Source of the DNA: Pseudobdellovibrionaceae bacterium | GTDB taxonomy: Bacteria > Bdellovibrionota > Bdellovibrionia > Bdellovibrionales > Bdellovibrionaceae | Length of the DNA: 64,000 nucleotides | Reading direction: 5' to 3' | Assembly (NCBI GenBank): GCA_039810425.1 | Contig: JBDHWW010000007.1 | Span: 1-64,000 of the forward strand | Part shown: in pieces, positions 55,447 through 64,000 of the stretch | How the letters are laid out: the number at the start of each line of letters is the position of its first letter | Position numbering within the stretch: position 1 is the stretch's first letter | Notes under the pieces: model-generated | Told to the model about the DNA's origin: nothing | The model's database searches: none | What the model saw: the letters and a program-made list of their open reading frames with translations, nothing else | Made by a program: the position numbers and the translations under genes

Positions 55447-56324
55447 AAAATTTCAAAACTACTATTACAGCCCTCATTACGCCCTTTAGTAGCGGCGCTG
55501 TGGACTTTGTCTCGTTAGAGAAACTGATTCGTCATCAAATTCAAAATGGCGTTGAGGGCTTTGTTATCAACGGCACAACGGCTGAAAGTCCGACTTTGAC
55601 GGACAAAGAGGTCGAAGAGATTTTTAAGGCTGCGCGCGCCACTGTGGGACCGCAGTTTCCACTTATTATGGGTACGGGTTCTAACAGCACGGCGAAAACA
55701 GAGGAAGCTTCTGAAAAAGCGGAAGCTTTGGGTGCTGATGCGGTTTTGATTGTTGTGCCCTACTACAACAAGCCACCTCAGCGTGGATTGGTTCAGCACT
55801 TCTCAGAAGTGGCGAAATCTGTGAGCATCCCGGTGATTCTTTATAATGTTCCAGGTCGTACGATAACAGCGCTGTCCGCCGACAGTATTCGCGAGCTGAG
55901 CCAGGTGCAAAATATTGTCGGCATTAAAGAAGCTTCAGGCAATATTGAGTTTGCATCTGAGATCATCAACAAAACAAGTCCGGAGTTTGTGATGTTGTCT
56001 GGTGATGACGGCACCTATGTCGACTTCTTGCGGGCCGGTGGGCACGGCGTGATTTCGGTCGCAAGTCATGTGATTCCACGTGAAATGCTTAACTGGAAAA
56101 AGCTTGTCAAGACAGGAAAATATGCCGAAGCCGACGCGGATTTGAAAAAGCACAGGGCTTTGATCGACCACCTCTTCGTTGAGGCAAATCCCATTCCGGT
56201 GAAGATGGCATTGTACTACATGGGCCTGATTAAGTCTCCGGAATTGCGCTTGCCACTCGTATCGATGTCCGAGGACTTGGCGCAGAAAATGAAGCAAGAA
56301 ATGAAATCCCTGGGGGTTATCTAG
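55443..56324 (+). CDS. dapA: 4-hydroxy-tetrahydrodipicolinate synthase
   Basis: GTTAE, YNVPGRT, GIKEA, NPIPVK. Confidence 0.97.
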   Translation: MKNFKTTITALITPFSSGAVDFVSLEKLIRHQIQNGVEGFVINGTTAESPTLTDKEVEEIFKAARATVGPQFPLIMGTGSNSTAKTEEASEKAEALGADAVLIVVPYYNKPPQRGLVQHFSEVAKSVSIPVILYNVPGRTITALSADSIRELSQVQNIVGIKEASGNIEFASEIINKTSPEFVMLSGDDGTYVDFLRAGGHGVISVASHVIPREMLNWKKLVKTGKYAEADADLKKHRALIDHLFVEANPIPVKMALYYMGLIKSPELRLPLVSMSEDLAQKMKQEMKSLGVI

Positions 56325-56325
56325 A

Positions 56326-57042
56326 ATGAAACAGAAGTTGAAAGTGGGATTGGTCGGCGCGAGCGGCCGCATGGGACAAGAGATCACGGAGATTTTGAAA
56401 ACAAAATCAGGTCTCGAACTTCATCTCGCGGTTTGCCGATCCGCCTCGTTGGCCGAGTTTGCCTACACCCGCGCGACGCCGAATTGCCCTGAAGCAAAAG
56501 ACGTCGACATCTGGATTGATTTCTCGAGTCCGGAGCTTTTAAAAAAACTGTTATCAGTCGCCTCAAAGAATAAAAAACCGGTGGTCTCTGGAACTACGGG
56601 GCTTGCTCCAATGGATCAGGCGGCCTTGAAGCGGGCGGCGAAGAATATTCCCGTGCTTTGGGCATCGAATATGAGTTTAGGCATTGCGGTTGTCACAGAG
56701 GCATTGAAAGTTTTCTCTCGCATCAGCAAATTTGATTTTCAAATCGAAGAGTTCCATCACAACCGAAAAAAAGATGCGCCAAGTGGTACGGCAAAAAGTT
56801 TGCAAGAAGGCCTTGAAAAAGCAGTTGGCCGAAAACTGCCTGCGCCCCTATCTATTCGCGGTGGCGGAATTTTTGGAATCCACAAGATTCACGCAATGGC
56901 CGAAGAAGAGCATATTGTGTTTGAACATATGGCCTTAAATCGAGCTGTTTTCGCTCGTGGCGCGGTGGAAGCAGCCCAATGGTTGTGTTCAAAGAAAAAA
57001 GGCTTCTACAGCATGCGTGATGTTCTTTACAATAATGGCTGA
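56326..57042 (+). CDS. dapB: 4-hydroxy-tetrahydrodipicolinate reductase
   Basis: GASGRMG, GTTG, EFHHNRKKDAPSGTA. Confidence 0.97.
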   Translation: MKQKLKVGLVGASGRMGQEITEILKTKSGLELHLAVCRSASLAEFAYTRATPNCPEAKDVDIWIDFSSPELLKKLLSVASKNKKPVVSGTTGLAPMDQAALKRAAKNIPVLWASNMSLGIAVVTEALKVFSRISKFDFQIEEFHHNRKKDAPSGTAKSLQEGLEKAVGRKLPAPLSIRGGGIFGIHKIHAMAEEEHIVFEHMALNRAVFARGAVEAAQWLCSKKKGFYSMRDVLYNNG

Positions 57043-57527
57043 TGAAAGTTTTGAATCACCAAACGCTAGTTCACATTGTTACTGATCTTGTCGGTGGTAC
57101 GCCCGTCGCGCAAAGCCTTGTTGCTGAAATGGCTAAGGTAGGCGAAATCACCGCCGTCTCGTCTGTCTATAAACGCTATCTCAGTAATAGCCGTGTGGAC
57201 CTGAATGCAAATATTGAAGCCGTCGCGCGCTTAGGGACGGATTGCGAAGTGGATGAGTTGCTGTGGTATTTCAAACAGTACGTGAAAGATAAACAAGCTG
57301 CCTTGAACCTGCTATCCTACGATGATTTGGTGGTTTTATCGCCACAACTCACCTTGCCACACCCGGCTCTCCATACGGATTTTCTTATCGTTCGCTGTGC
57401 TTCCGAAGCCTGGAGACAGTTTGAGCATCCGATTATGCAAAAAACGCTGGGTGAAATTACCTCTTTGACCTTCCCCGCTACAGATGCTGAGTTTTTCATG
57501 CAAGGCAAAAGCCTGATTGCTTTTTAG
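57042..57527 (+). CDS. Degenerate FolK/HPPK-like protein
   Basis: SSVY, LTLPHP and HP are retained; the catalytic DLD motif is absent. Confidence 0.65.
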   Translation: MKVLNHQTLVHIVTDLVGGTPVAQSLVAEMAKVGEITAVSSVYKRYLSNSRVDLNANIEAVARLGTDCEVDELLWYFKQYVKDKQAALNLLSYDDLVVLSPQLTLPHPALHTDFLIVRCASEAWRQFEHPIMQKTLGEITSLTFPATDAEFFMQGKSLIAF

Positions 57528-57565
57528 CATCAGCAGACGTACAAAAAAGGGAACTGGAGGAGACT

Positions 57566-58210
57566 ATGAAGTTCTTTATCGACACGGCTGAAATCGAAGA
57601 AATCAGACAAGCCAACTTGCGTGGCTGGGTAGACGGTGTCACAACAAATCCCTCTTTGATTGCTAAATCTGGAAAAGATTTCTTCGCGGTCATTAAAGAA
57701 ATCTGCAAAGAAGTTTCCGGCCCCGTTTCCGCGGAAGTTATCAGCCTGAAGGCGGATGAAATGGTTCGCGAAGGTTTAGAGCTTGCAAAGCTTGCAAGCA
57801 ATGTCGTGGTTAAAATTCCTATGTGCGAAGACGGCATGATCGCTGTAAAAAAACTGAAAGCTGAAGGTATCAAGACCAATGTCACGTTGGTGTTCTCACC
57901 GATGCAGGCGTTGTTGGCGGCCAAAGCTGGCGCGACAATGGTTTCTCCATTCGTAGGTCGGCTGGATGATATTGGGGTGGAGGGTATGCAAATGGTTAGT
58001 CAGGTTATCCAAATGTATCAAAACTACGACTTTGATACTGAAGTCCTCGTTGCAAGTGTGCGGAGCCCGATGCATATCCAAATTGCCGCCGAGATGGGCG
58101 CGGATATCGCAACTATTCCGTTCAAAGTAATGCAGCAAATGACTCATCATCCGCTGACAGACAAAGGTATTAAAATGTTTATGGATGATTGGGCGAAGGC
58201 TAAGAAGTAA
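57566..58210 (+). CDS. tal: Transaldolase / fructose-6-phosphate aldolase
   Basis: [22 protein letters not shown]. Confidence 0.95.
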   Translation: MKFFIDTAEIEEIRQANLRGWVDGVTTNPSLIAKSGKDFFAVIKEICKEVSGPVSAEVISLKADEMVREGLELAKLASNVVVKIPMCEDGMIAVKKLKAEGIKTNVTLVFSPMQALLAAKAGATMVSPFVGRLDDIGVEGMQMVSQVIQMYQNYDFDTEVLVASVRSPMHIQIAAEMGADIATIPFKVMQQMTHHPLTDKGIKMFMDDWAKAKK

Positions 58211-58213
58211 CCC

Positions 58214-58651
58214 ATGAAAAAGGTCTGGGTATCGCCGTTGTTATCGCTTTTGCTCTTCGCTGGTTGTCAAACCAGCGGAGTCTTTTTGCGTGAGACGCCA
58301 TTAAACGTGAGCGATACCCGTAAAGCCGTTGTTTCCGTCATTGGCCAGCCGCGTTTGACGAGTGAAAATGGTCGTGAACTCCTTTCTAAGTACTATGATC
58401 GTAGGGGAAACTTCGAAGATCAGGTGAAAAATGCTCGTGAGCGCCTCACAACACATATAACAATTCTCGGTGACCGCCGCCCGTATGATATCCAGATCGA
58501 GGTCGTGGTCGAGATCCGCGACAAGGAGGGCGTTTATCAGATTGTCGAGCACGATGACGCCCGGGCCGAAAAGATCGCGAGGGATATCCAAAAAGCTCTT
58601 GTCCAAGGTCGCGACAACCGCAACATCATTGACGATTTCAAGCCTTATTAA
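58214..58651 (+). CDS. Hypothetical lipoprotein
   Basis: FAGC lipobox. Confidence 0.8.
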   Translation: MKKVWVSPLLSLLLFAGCQTSGVFLRETPLNVSDTRKAVVSVIGQPRLTSENGRELLSKYYDRRGNFEDQVKNARERLTTHITILGDRRPYDIQIEVVVEIRDKEGVYQIVEHDDARAEKIARDIQKALVQGRDNRNIIDDFKPY

Positions 58652-58682
58652 ATATCATTAAAGAGTAGTCAAATATGGATGT

Positions 58683-60611
58683 TTGACAGGGGTATATAGT
58701 TTGATTGGCAAAGCGTTGTCTTTACGTATTCTTATGTTCGCTCTCGTTTCGATTCTTCCTATCACGGCAGGAAAATTGAAATTTGTTCCTATTTATAAAA
58801 TTCTAGCGATCAAAGCGAACAAAAAACTTCCTCCCCACATTGCCTACACCGACAGTCATTTCGAATCTCAAAACAATGAGTGGAGTGATCTAGAGAAAAG
58901 AGCCAAGCAGTCGATCGGCGTTGGTTTAAATGATGTCGGTATACAAGGCCCTTACGTGCTGACGCAAAAACGCGAGCTCGAAGGATTTACAATTCGCAAA
59001 AGCGTTGAGACTGTTGCGCCCAACACGTTAGGTGTTTACAAAACGAGCGCGCAAGCTGCTCAGGAAAATGAAGGACCGCAATGGTTGAAAAACATTGTGC
59101 GGGAGCCGGCTGCATTAGGTAGAGCTCCATCCGCCCCGGAAGAGCGCCCACAAAACATGATGGCCGCAAAACGCGTGACGGGCCCGATCGAGCTGACTCA
59201 AGGACTGGCTGTTACAAATGAACATCATATTGAAATTCGCCGCAGTGATGAAGGGGTCTTTCGTGAGATGGGTCACGTTGACCTGATGAAAGGCTCCTAC
59301 AGTATCGATATTGATGATGCCACGGGCGCCATCGTGGCTAGATTGCTAAATAAGGCCGGCATTGTTCTTGGCGAGGGCAGCATTCGCCTGAGCAAGCTTC
59401 AAGTGGGTGAAGGACGCTTGATCTATGGACCGCGCCTTGAAATCTCTCCGAGCCCGACTTGGACCGGAAAAGTTTCCTATCACTATCCGAACCCTAAGAA
59501 GGCAGCGGAACTCCCCCAGGTCACAACATTTGGTGGTCAAAACCCAGTGGTTGTGAATCAAAAAGGCGAAATCAGTTTAGAGAATGTTTCTAAAAACTCA
59601 ACGACCGTTGTGCGCGCGGAAGCCAAAGATTTTATGCCTGCGAGTAAAATCATGGTTGCTGGCGAAAAGTCTTTCGGCATTTCGATGTTTCCGAACTCGA
59701 TGATGGAGGCTTTAAAAACCATCGTTGCAGATCAAAAGAATATCGTTCATAGCCGTCTTAAAGACAGCTCTATCGTTTGGGGAACGGCCACCCTCGATGG
59801 GAAGCCGTTATCAGGTGTTACGGTTATTTCCGAGACCGATCCGGAAGCTAAAGCGATTTACTTTAACGAGTTCCTCATTCCGGACTCGAAATTAACCTCA
59901 ACAAGCTCTAGTGGGCTGTATGCGTTTGTCGACCTTGGCGATGGCTTCCATGCCCTGCTCGCACAAAGAGGAGACGCTTATCTCGGTCATCAAAACGTCG
60001 AAGTGGAAGCTGGCAGTGTTGCGATAGGCGATATTCAAAGCACTTTACATACTGAGCCCGTTCGTGTCCGCGCGTTTGATGCCTTTAGTGGGGAACCTAT
60101 TTCTCTGGTGGCCAATCTGCAAAGTTTGTCCGAGCCATTACAGATTAATGAGGGCTCTGCATCGATCGTATTGCCGCAGGTTTCCCGTATGAGCATGATC
60201 TATACAGAAGCCCCAGCAACCTACGTGAGCGCAAACTATTTCTATAACGATCAGGATTCTTTTATACACTTGCCAATGATTAGCTCTGACTGGCTCGCGG
60301 AACTTAAAACAATTGCCAAGGTGAACGAGACTCCACAGGCGGGAACTATCATAGGCTTCTTTGGTGAAGAAAGATTTGAGGCCTATCTAGCAGGCCAAGA
60401 TAAGGATTCTCCGGCGACAATCATTTACTTTGATGCTGCAGGAAGAGTGGTTGATGGCCGCCAGGGTGTTGCTGGTGGTGGTTTCGTGATCTTCAATGTT
60501 CCTTACGGCACACAAGAGACCGTGATTGTTGGAGTCTCTGAGAAAGTTTTCTCTAAGGTCGTCCCGGTCGACACGGATACGGTTTCAGTTTTGACCTTTA
60601 CTTCTTACTAG
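58683..60611 (+). CDS. Large hypothetical protein with beta-sandwich (carboxypeptidase-regulatory-like) domain
   Basis: Long ORF with DGKPLSGVTV...TSSSGLYAF..L..G. Start uncertain. Confidence 0.7.
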   Translation: MTGVYSLIGKALSLRILMFALVSILPITAGKLKFVPIYKILAIKANKKLPPHIAYTDSHFESQNNEWSDLEKRAKQSIGVGLNDVGIQGPYVLTQKRELEGFTIRKSVETVAPNTLGVYKTSAQAAQENEGPQWLKNIVREPAALGRAPSAPEERPQNMMAAKRVTGPIELTQGLAVTNEHHIEIRRSDEGVFREMGHVDLMKGSYSIDIDDATGAIVARLLNKAGIVLGEGSIRLSKLQVGEGRLIYGPRLEISPSPTWTGKVSYHYPNPKKAAELPQVTTFGGQNPVVVNQKGEISLENVSKNSTTVVRAEAKDFMPASKIMVAGEKSFGISMFPNSMMEALKTIVADQKNIVHSRLKDSSIVWGTATLDGKPLSGVTVISETDPEAKAIYFNEFLIPDSKLTSTSSSGLYAFVDLGDGFHALLAQRGDAYLGHQNVEVEAGSVAIGDIQSTLHTEPVRVRAFDAFSGEPISLVANLQSLSEPLQINEGSASIVLPQVSRMSMIYTEAPATYVSANYFYNDQDSFIHLPMISSDWLAELKTIAKVNETPQAGTIIGFFGEERFEAYLAGQDKDSPATIIYFDAAGRVVDGRQGVAGGGFVIFNVPYGTQETVIVGVSEKVFSKVVPVDTDTVSVLTFTSY

Positions 60612-61887
60612 CATAAAAGCCCCTTACCTTTTCCTTAAAAACACGGCCGCGGTCTTCGAAGCTTTTGAACTCGTCCAGGCTTGTTCCGCCCGGACTTAGT
60701 AAAACGATGTCGTTGCTTTGCACATGAGAAAAAATATCATTCAAAGCGTCGCCGAGTGTTGCGAACTGAGAACCAGGCAGACCAGATTTATCTTGCGCAA
60801 TGGCGCGCGCCTCTCCGAAAAAAGAGAAATGTGTTCTTGGCAAGACTCCGATTTCAGAAATCTCTTCCCAAGGCAGATTTTTATCGCGCCCGCCAAGCAA
60901 AAGATGCAAACGCCCACCCGGAGGCAGATACTCGTGGGCGACTTCGGCGGCAGTGATGACACTGTCAAGAGCAGTTGCTTTGCTATCGTTAATATAGCGA
61001 ACGCCGTCAAAGACGCCGACGTTTTCAAGTCGATGCTCCAGTCCTTCAAAATTTTTCATTGCTTGAATTGCGGAAATCGGCCAGTGACAATCCAAAGCGA
61101 TCCGTGCAGCCAATGCTAAGTTATCTTGATTGTGAGATCCCAGCAGCACACTTTGAGAAAGCGCATGAGGTCTCAAGTTCTTGTCCTGGCGGGAAACAAT
61201 CACACAACGTGAGAACTCCGGCTGCTTTTCGGCGAAGCTGACCAGATCCCCGCCGTTTATATTCAAGAATAAAGACCCGGATGTGTGATCAATCATGCGC
61301 CACTTGGTGAGATAGTAGTCCTTAAGGGAGCTATATCTTTCCATGTGATTCGCGGATAAAAAGGTGATCGCGGCGTGATCCAGCTTGAGGTTTTTACAGT
61401 TTTCTAGTTGATAACTGGAAAGCTCAAGTACAATCCACTGAGCGCGTGGTCTTTGACCGTTGAGGATCCCCAATGCGTAATCGCAAAAGGGAGTTCCAAG
61501 GTTGCCGCCGACAAAACAATTCTTATCAAAGGCGGCCAGACCGGCTCCTAAAAGAGAAACGGTCGTGCTTTTGCCAAGGGAGCCCGTGACGCCAATAACT
61601 TTTTCACCTGCGAGCATCCCACAGGCGAGGTTGATTTCGCTTGTGATTGCCACCCCCGACTTTTGGGCTTCGATAATCCAAGAAGACTTTAGCGGGACCC
61701 CCGGCGAGACGACGAGTGTTTTGGGCTTTCCTTGGGACATCAAAAGTTGAGGGTCTTGAAACTGAGCGGGAGCTTTTTGATCAAAGGTCAGAATGTCTTC
61801 CCGTTTTAGGCCACGGGCCAATAAAAAACGTTCGGCGCTCTCCCCGCTTCTAGCCATCCCTACGATTGCAACCGGTGTTTGAATCAT
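60598..61887 (-). CDS. murD: UDP-MurNAc-L-Ala:D-Glu ligase
   Basis: SPGV, TGSLGKSTT, ELSSYQL, HRLE, NDSKAT, F..RG..F. Confidence 0.95.
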   Translation of the reverse strand: MIQTPVAIVGMARSGESAERFLLARGLKREDILTFDQKAPAQFQDPQLLMSQGKPKTLVVSPGVPLKSSWIIEAQKSGVAITSEINLACGMLAGEKVIGVTGSLGKSTTVSLLGAGLAAFDKNCFVGGNLGTPFCDYALGILNGQRPRAQWIVLELSSYQLENCKNLKLDHAAITFLSANHMERYSSLKDYYLTKWRMIDHTSGSLFLNINGGDLVSFAEKQPEFSRCVIVSRQDKNLRPHALSQSVLLGSHNQDNLALAARIALDCHWPISAIQAMKNFEGLEHRLENVGVFDGVRYINDSKATALDSVITAAEVAHEYLPPGGRLHLLLGGRDKNLPWEEISEIGVLPRTHFSFFGEARAIAQDKSGLPGSQFATLGDALNDIFSHVQSNDIVLLSPGGTSLDEFKSFEDRGRVFKEKVRGFYASKK

Positions 61888-61964
61888 GAACTCCCCCGCC
61901 CTCGCGAAATAATGACTTAAATTTGGCCCTTTGCAAAGGAATGATTCTAGGTCAAAATTAAATA

Positions 61965-63416
61965 ATGAACGGCGAAACTTTTCCAAGCTTCAAAAGCGCA
62001 AAATTCACAGCCATTATCAGCGACCTGCATCTTTGTGAGGCCGAGCCGGTTAATCTAAAGTTTCCGCTCTGGAAGAAGTTTAAAACCAAGCAGTTTTTTT
62101 TCGACGATATCTTCACAGGTTTTTTGCAAGAAATTGAAAATAAAGCCAAGGGTGAGACCGTTGAGCTGGTTTTGAACGGAGACATTTTTGACTTTGATAG
62201 CGTGCTCCGTTTGCCTGAGGAGCCGATTTTTAGGGTGAGCCGGCTTGAAAAAAGGCGCGGTTTGTATCCGCGGGCGGAACGCTCGAGTTTTAAAATCAAA
62301 GTGATTCTTGAGGATCATGCTGTTTTTATGCGGGCGTTGCGTGAATTCATCCGTCGTGGCAATCGTGTTGTTTTTGTAATTGGCAATCACGATCTTGAGC
62401 TTCACTTTCCGGAAGTGCAGCAAGAAGTTCGTCATGCATTAGATTTGACGGAAGAACAGCAATATCAAGTTCGTTTTGTGGAGTGGTTTTATATTTCCAA
62501 CGAAGACACTTTGATCGAGCACGGGAACCAGTACGACCCTTATTGTATGTGCGAGGATCCGATCAACCCCTATGTGCAAGGTTACAACTTTGTTTCGCTG
62601 AGATTGCCGTTTGGAAACCTGGCTTGCCGGTATATCATGAATGGCTTAGGCTTCTTTAATCCACACGTCGATTCAAACTACATCATGGGTATTACTGATT
62701 ATGTGATGGTCTTTTTGCGATACATGGCCCGCGCCCAACCGTTCATGGTTCTAACTTGGTTCTTCGGTTCGATCATGACATTGATTCAGTCTTTTAAAGA
62801 CCGCTTGGCGGCACCCATCCGAAATCCCCTCAAGATTGAAGATCGTATTGAGGCGATTGCCCGCAACTCAAATGCGGAACCAAGAATGGTGCGCGAAATG
62901 AAAGAGCTTTTTGTGGCTCCGGCGGCCAGCAATCCGTTCTTACTGGCCCGCGAATTGTGGCTGGATCGCGCCTTCTTGATTTGTGTCGCGTTCTTTTTGA
63001 TCTTTGAATTGATGATCTTTGTTCGTCAGGTTTATGATTTGTCTTTCTTCTGGGCATTCATTCCGATGTTCATCTTGCTGCCGTTCTTTCTTTTCTATAG
63101 CAAGTCCATTACGTCGCTGGTTTCCAGTTATAAGGAGCCAAACGAAAGAATCCTGGCGATGACGAGTACGATTGCCAAAGTAAAACGTGTCATCTATGGG
63201 CACACCCACCACGTTCGTCATGAAATGATTGGCGCGGTAGAACATCTAAATTCAGGCTGCTGGTCTCCGGCATTTTTAGATATTGAGTGTACAAAACCGT
63301 TGGATCAAAAAACTTACGTGTGGCTTTCTCCTCTGGAAACGGGAGAAAGACAGGCAGAACTTTACAAATTTATTGATGGACAGTCGCAACTCTTTATGTC
63401 GGCGGGCAGCCGCTAG
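61965..63416 (+). CDS. Calcineurin-like metallophosphoesterase with membrane insert
   Basis: SDLH, GDIFD, GNHD, EHG and GHTH, with hydrophobic segments before GHTH. Confidence 0.88.
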   Translation: MNGETFPSFKSAKFTAIISDLHLCEAEPVNLKFPLWKKFKTKQFFFDDIFTGFLQEIENKAKGETVELVLNGDIFDFDSVLRLPEEPIFRVSRLEKRRGLYPRAERSSFKIKVILEDHAVFMRALREFIRRGNRVVFVIGNHDLELHFPEVQQEVRHALDLTEEQQYQVRFVEWFYISNEDTLIEHGNQYDPYCMCEDPINPYVQGYNFVSLRLPFGNLACRYIMNGLGFFNPHVDSNYIMGITDYVMVFLRYMARAQPFMVLTWFFGSIMTLIQSFKDRLAAPIRNPLKIEDRIEAIARNSNAEPRMVREMKELFVAPAASNPFLLARELWLDRAFLICVAFFLIFELMIFVRQVYDLSFFWAFIPMFILLPFFLFYSKSITSLVSSYKEPNERILAMTSTIAKVKRVIYGHTHHVRHEMIGAVEHLNSGCWSPAFLDIECTKPLDQKTYVWLSPLETGERQAELYKFIDGQSQLFMSAGSR

Positions 63417-63524
63417 TAAAAAAAAGCCCCCGTTATGCGGCGCGCGACAAATAAAATTTGTCAATGACCAAGCGCTATGCAAACCTCTTAATGTTTTTAA
63501 AAGCGAAAACGGAGGCTAAGGACT

Positions 63525-63719
63525 ATGTCAGAAGTACTAGTTGTAACTAGCAAAGTAAAAAAATTGATCAAGGAAAAAGGCGGAATGAATACTTCTGCTG
63601 AAACGATCGACGTTTTGAGCAAAGCGATTGAGCAACTCTGCCTTAAAGGCATTGATAGCGCGAAAGCTGACGGTCGCAAGACTGTTATGGCTCGCGATAT
63701 CGTTATTGATCATTTGTAG
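63525..63719 (+). CDS. Bacterial histone-fold protein (Bd0055/HBb-like)
   Basis: 64 aa; basic alpha1 (SKVKKLIKE), long alpha2 and histone L2/alpha3 signature AKADGRKTVMARD; GGAGG RBS. Confidence 0.93.
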   Translation: MSEVLVVTSKVKKLIKEKGGMNTSAETIDVLSKAIEQLCLKGIDSAKADGRKTVMARDIVIDHL

Positions 63720-63757
63720 AAGTTAGCCTTACATCACCAGGCTTTTTATCCCGAACT

Positions 63758-63794
63758 TAAAAAAGAAGCTCGCAAGGGCCTCTTTTTTATTTTT
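63758..63794 (+). terminator. Intrinsic terminator after the histone gene
   Basis: AAAAAAGAAGCTC-GCAA-GGGCCTCTTTTTT. Confidence 0.7.
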
Positions 63795-63816
63795 GCACTA
63801 TGATTTAGATAAAGCT

Positions 63817-64000
63817 ATGGAAAAAACATTCCCTCCGTCGAAAATTCCACTCACGCACGCCCAGTTGAAACGAAGAAATATCAAAGACGTTTATTCCGCT
63901 TTCGAATGTGTCGATAGTGACCGCGCTCGCTTGAGGGAGTTTCTTCCGTGGGTGGATAAGTCGAAATCCGTCGAAGACCAGGTTTGGTATGTCGGCGAAT
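63817..64000 (+). CDS. RimL/RimJ-like GNAT N-acetyltransferase (partial)
   Basis: ATG 63817, MEKTFPP...VDSDRARLREFLPWVD; open to the window end. Confidence 0.65.
   Translation, partial: MEKTFPPSKIPLTHAQLKRRNIKDVYSAFECVDSDRARLREFLPWVDKSKSVEDQVWYVGE

Overview
This is a roughly 45% GC (visual estimate) bacterial chromosome segment spanning the replication origin of a Bdellovibrio-like organism (Bdellovibrionota). The taxon is inferred from gene order, a split ATP synthase operon and a Bd0055-type histone. Left of oriC on the minus strand lie rpmH-rnpA-yidD-yidC-jag-mnmE-mnmG-rsmG, a parS-flanked lipoprotein gene (plus strand), parA-parB-bactofilin and atpF'FHAGDC. At the left edge is a small AT-richer accessory cluster: an HTTM protein, a frameshifted partner gene, a 2OG-Fe(II)-like oxygenase and a methyltransferase. 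oriC lies between dnaA and dnaN, with DnaA boxes, DnaA-trios and an AT-rich DUE. To the right are dnaN-recF-gyrB-gyrA, the Fo genes, PMM/PGM, pdxA, three PPIases, etfBA, sdhCAB, a subtilase, rpsF (with an S6:S18 leader but no rpsR)-DUF2232-rplI, queE/fis/dnaB, ftsK, dapF-dapA-dapB, a degenerate FolK, transaldolase, murD, a membrane metallophosphoesterase, a bacterial histone and a partial RimL-like acetyltransferase. The main highlights are the histone and its neighbours, the HTTM cluster with its A7 frameshift, a perfect 42-bp-arm palindrome, the inverted parS pair and the FolK pseudo-enzyme. No rRNA, tRNA, CRISPR array or transposase was recognised. All assignments come from motif recognition by eye; no searches were run.
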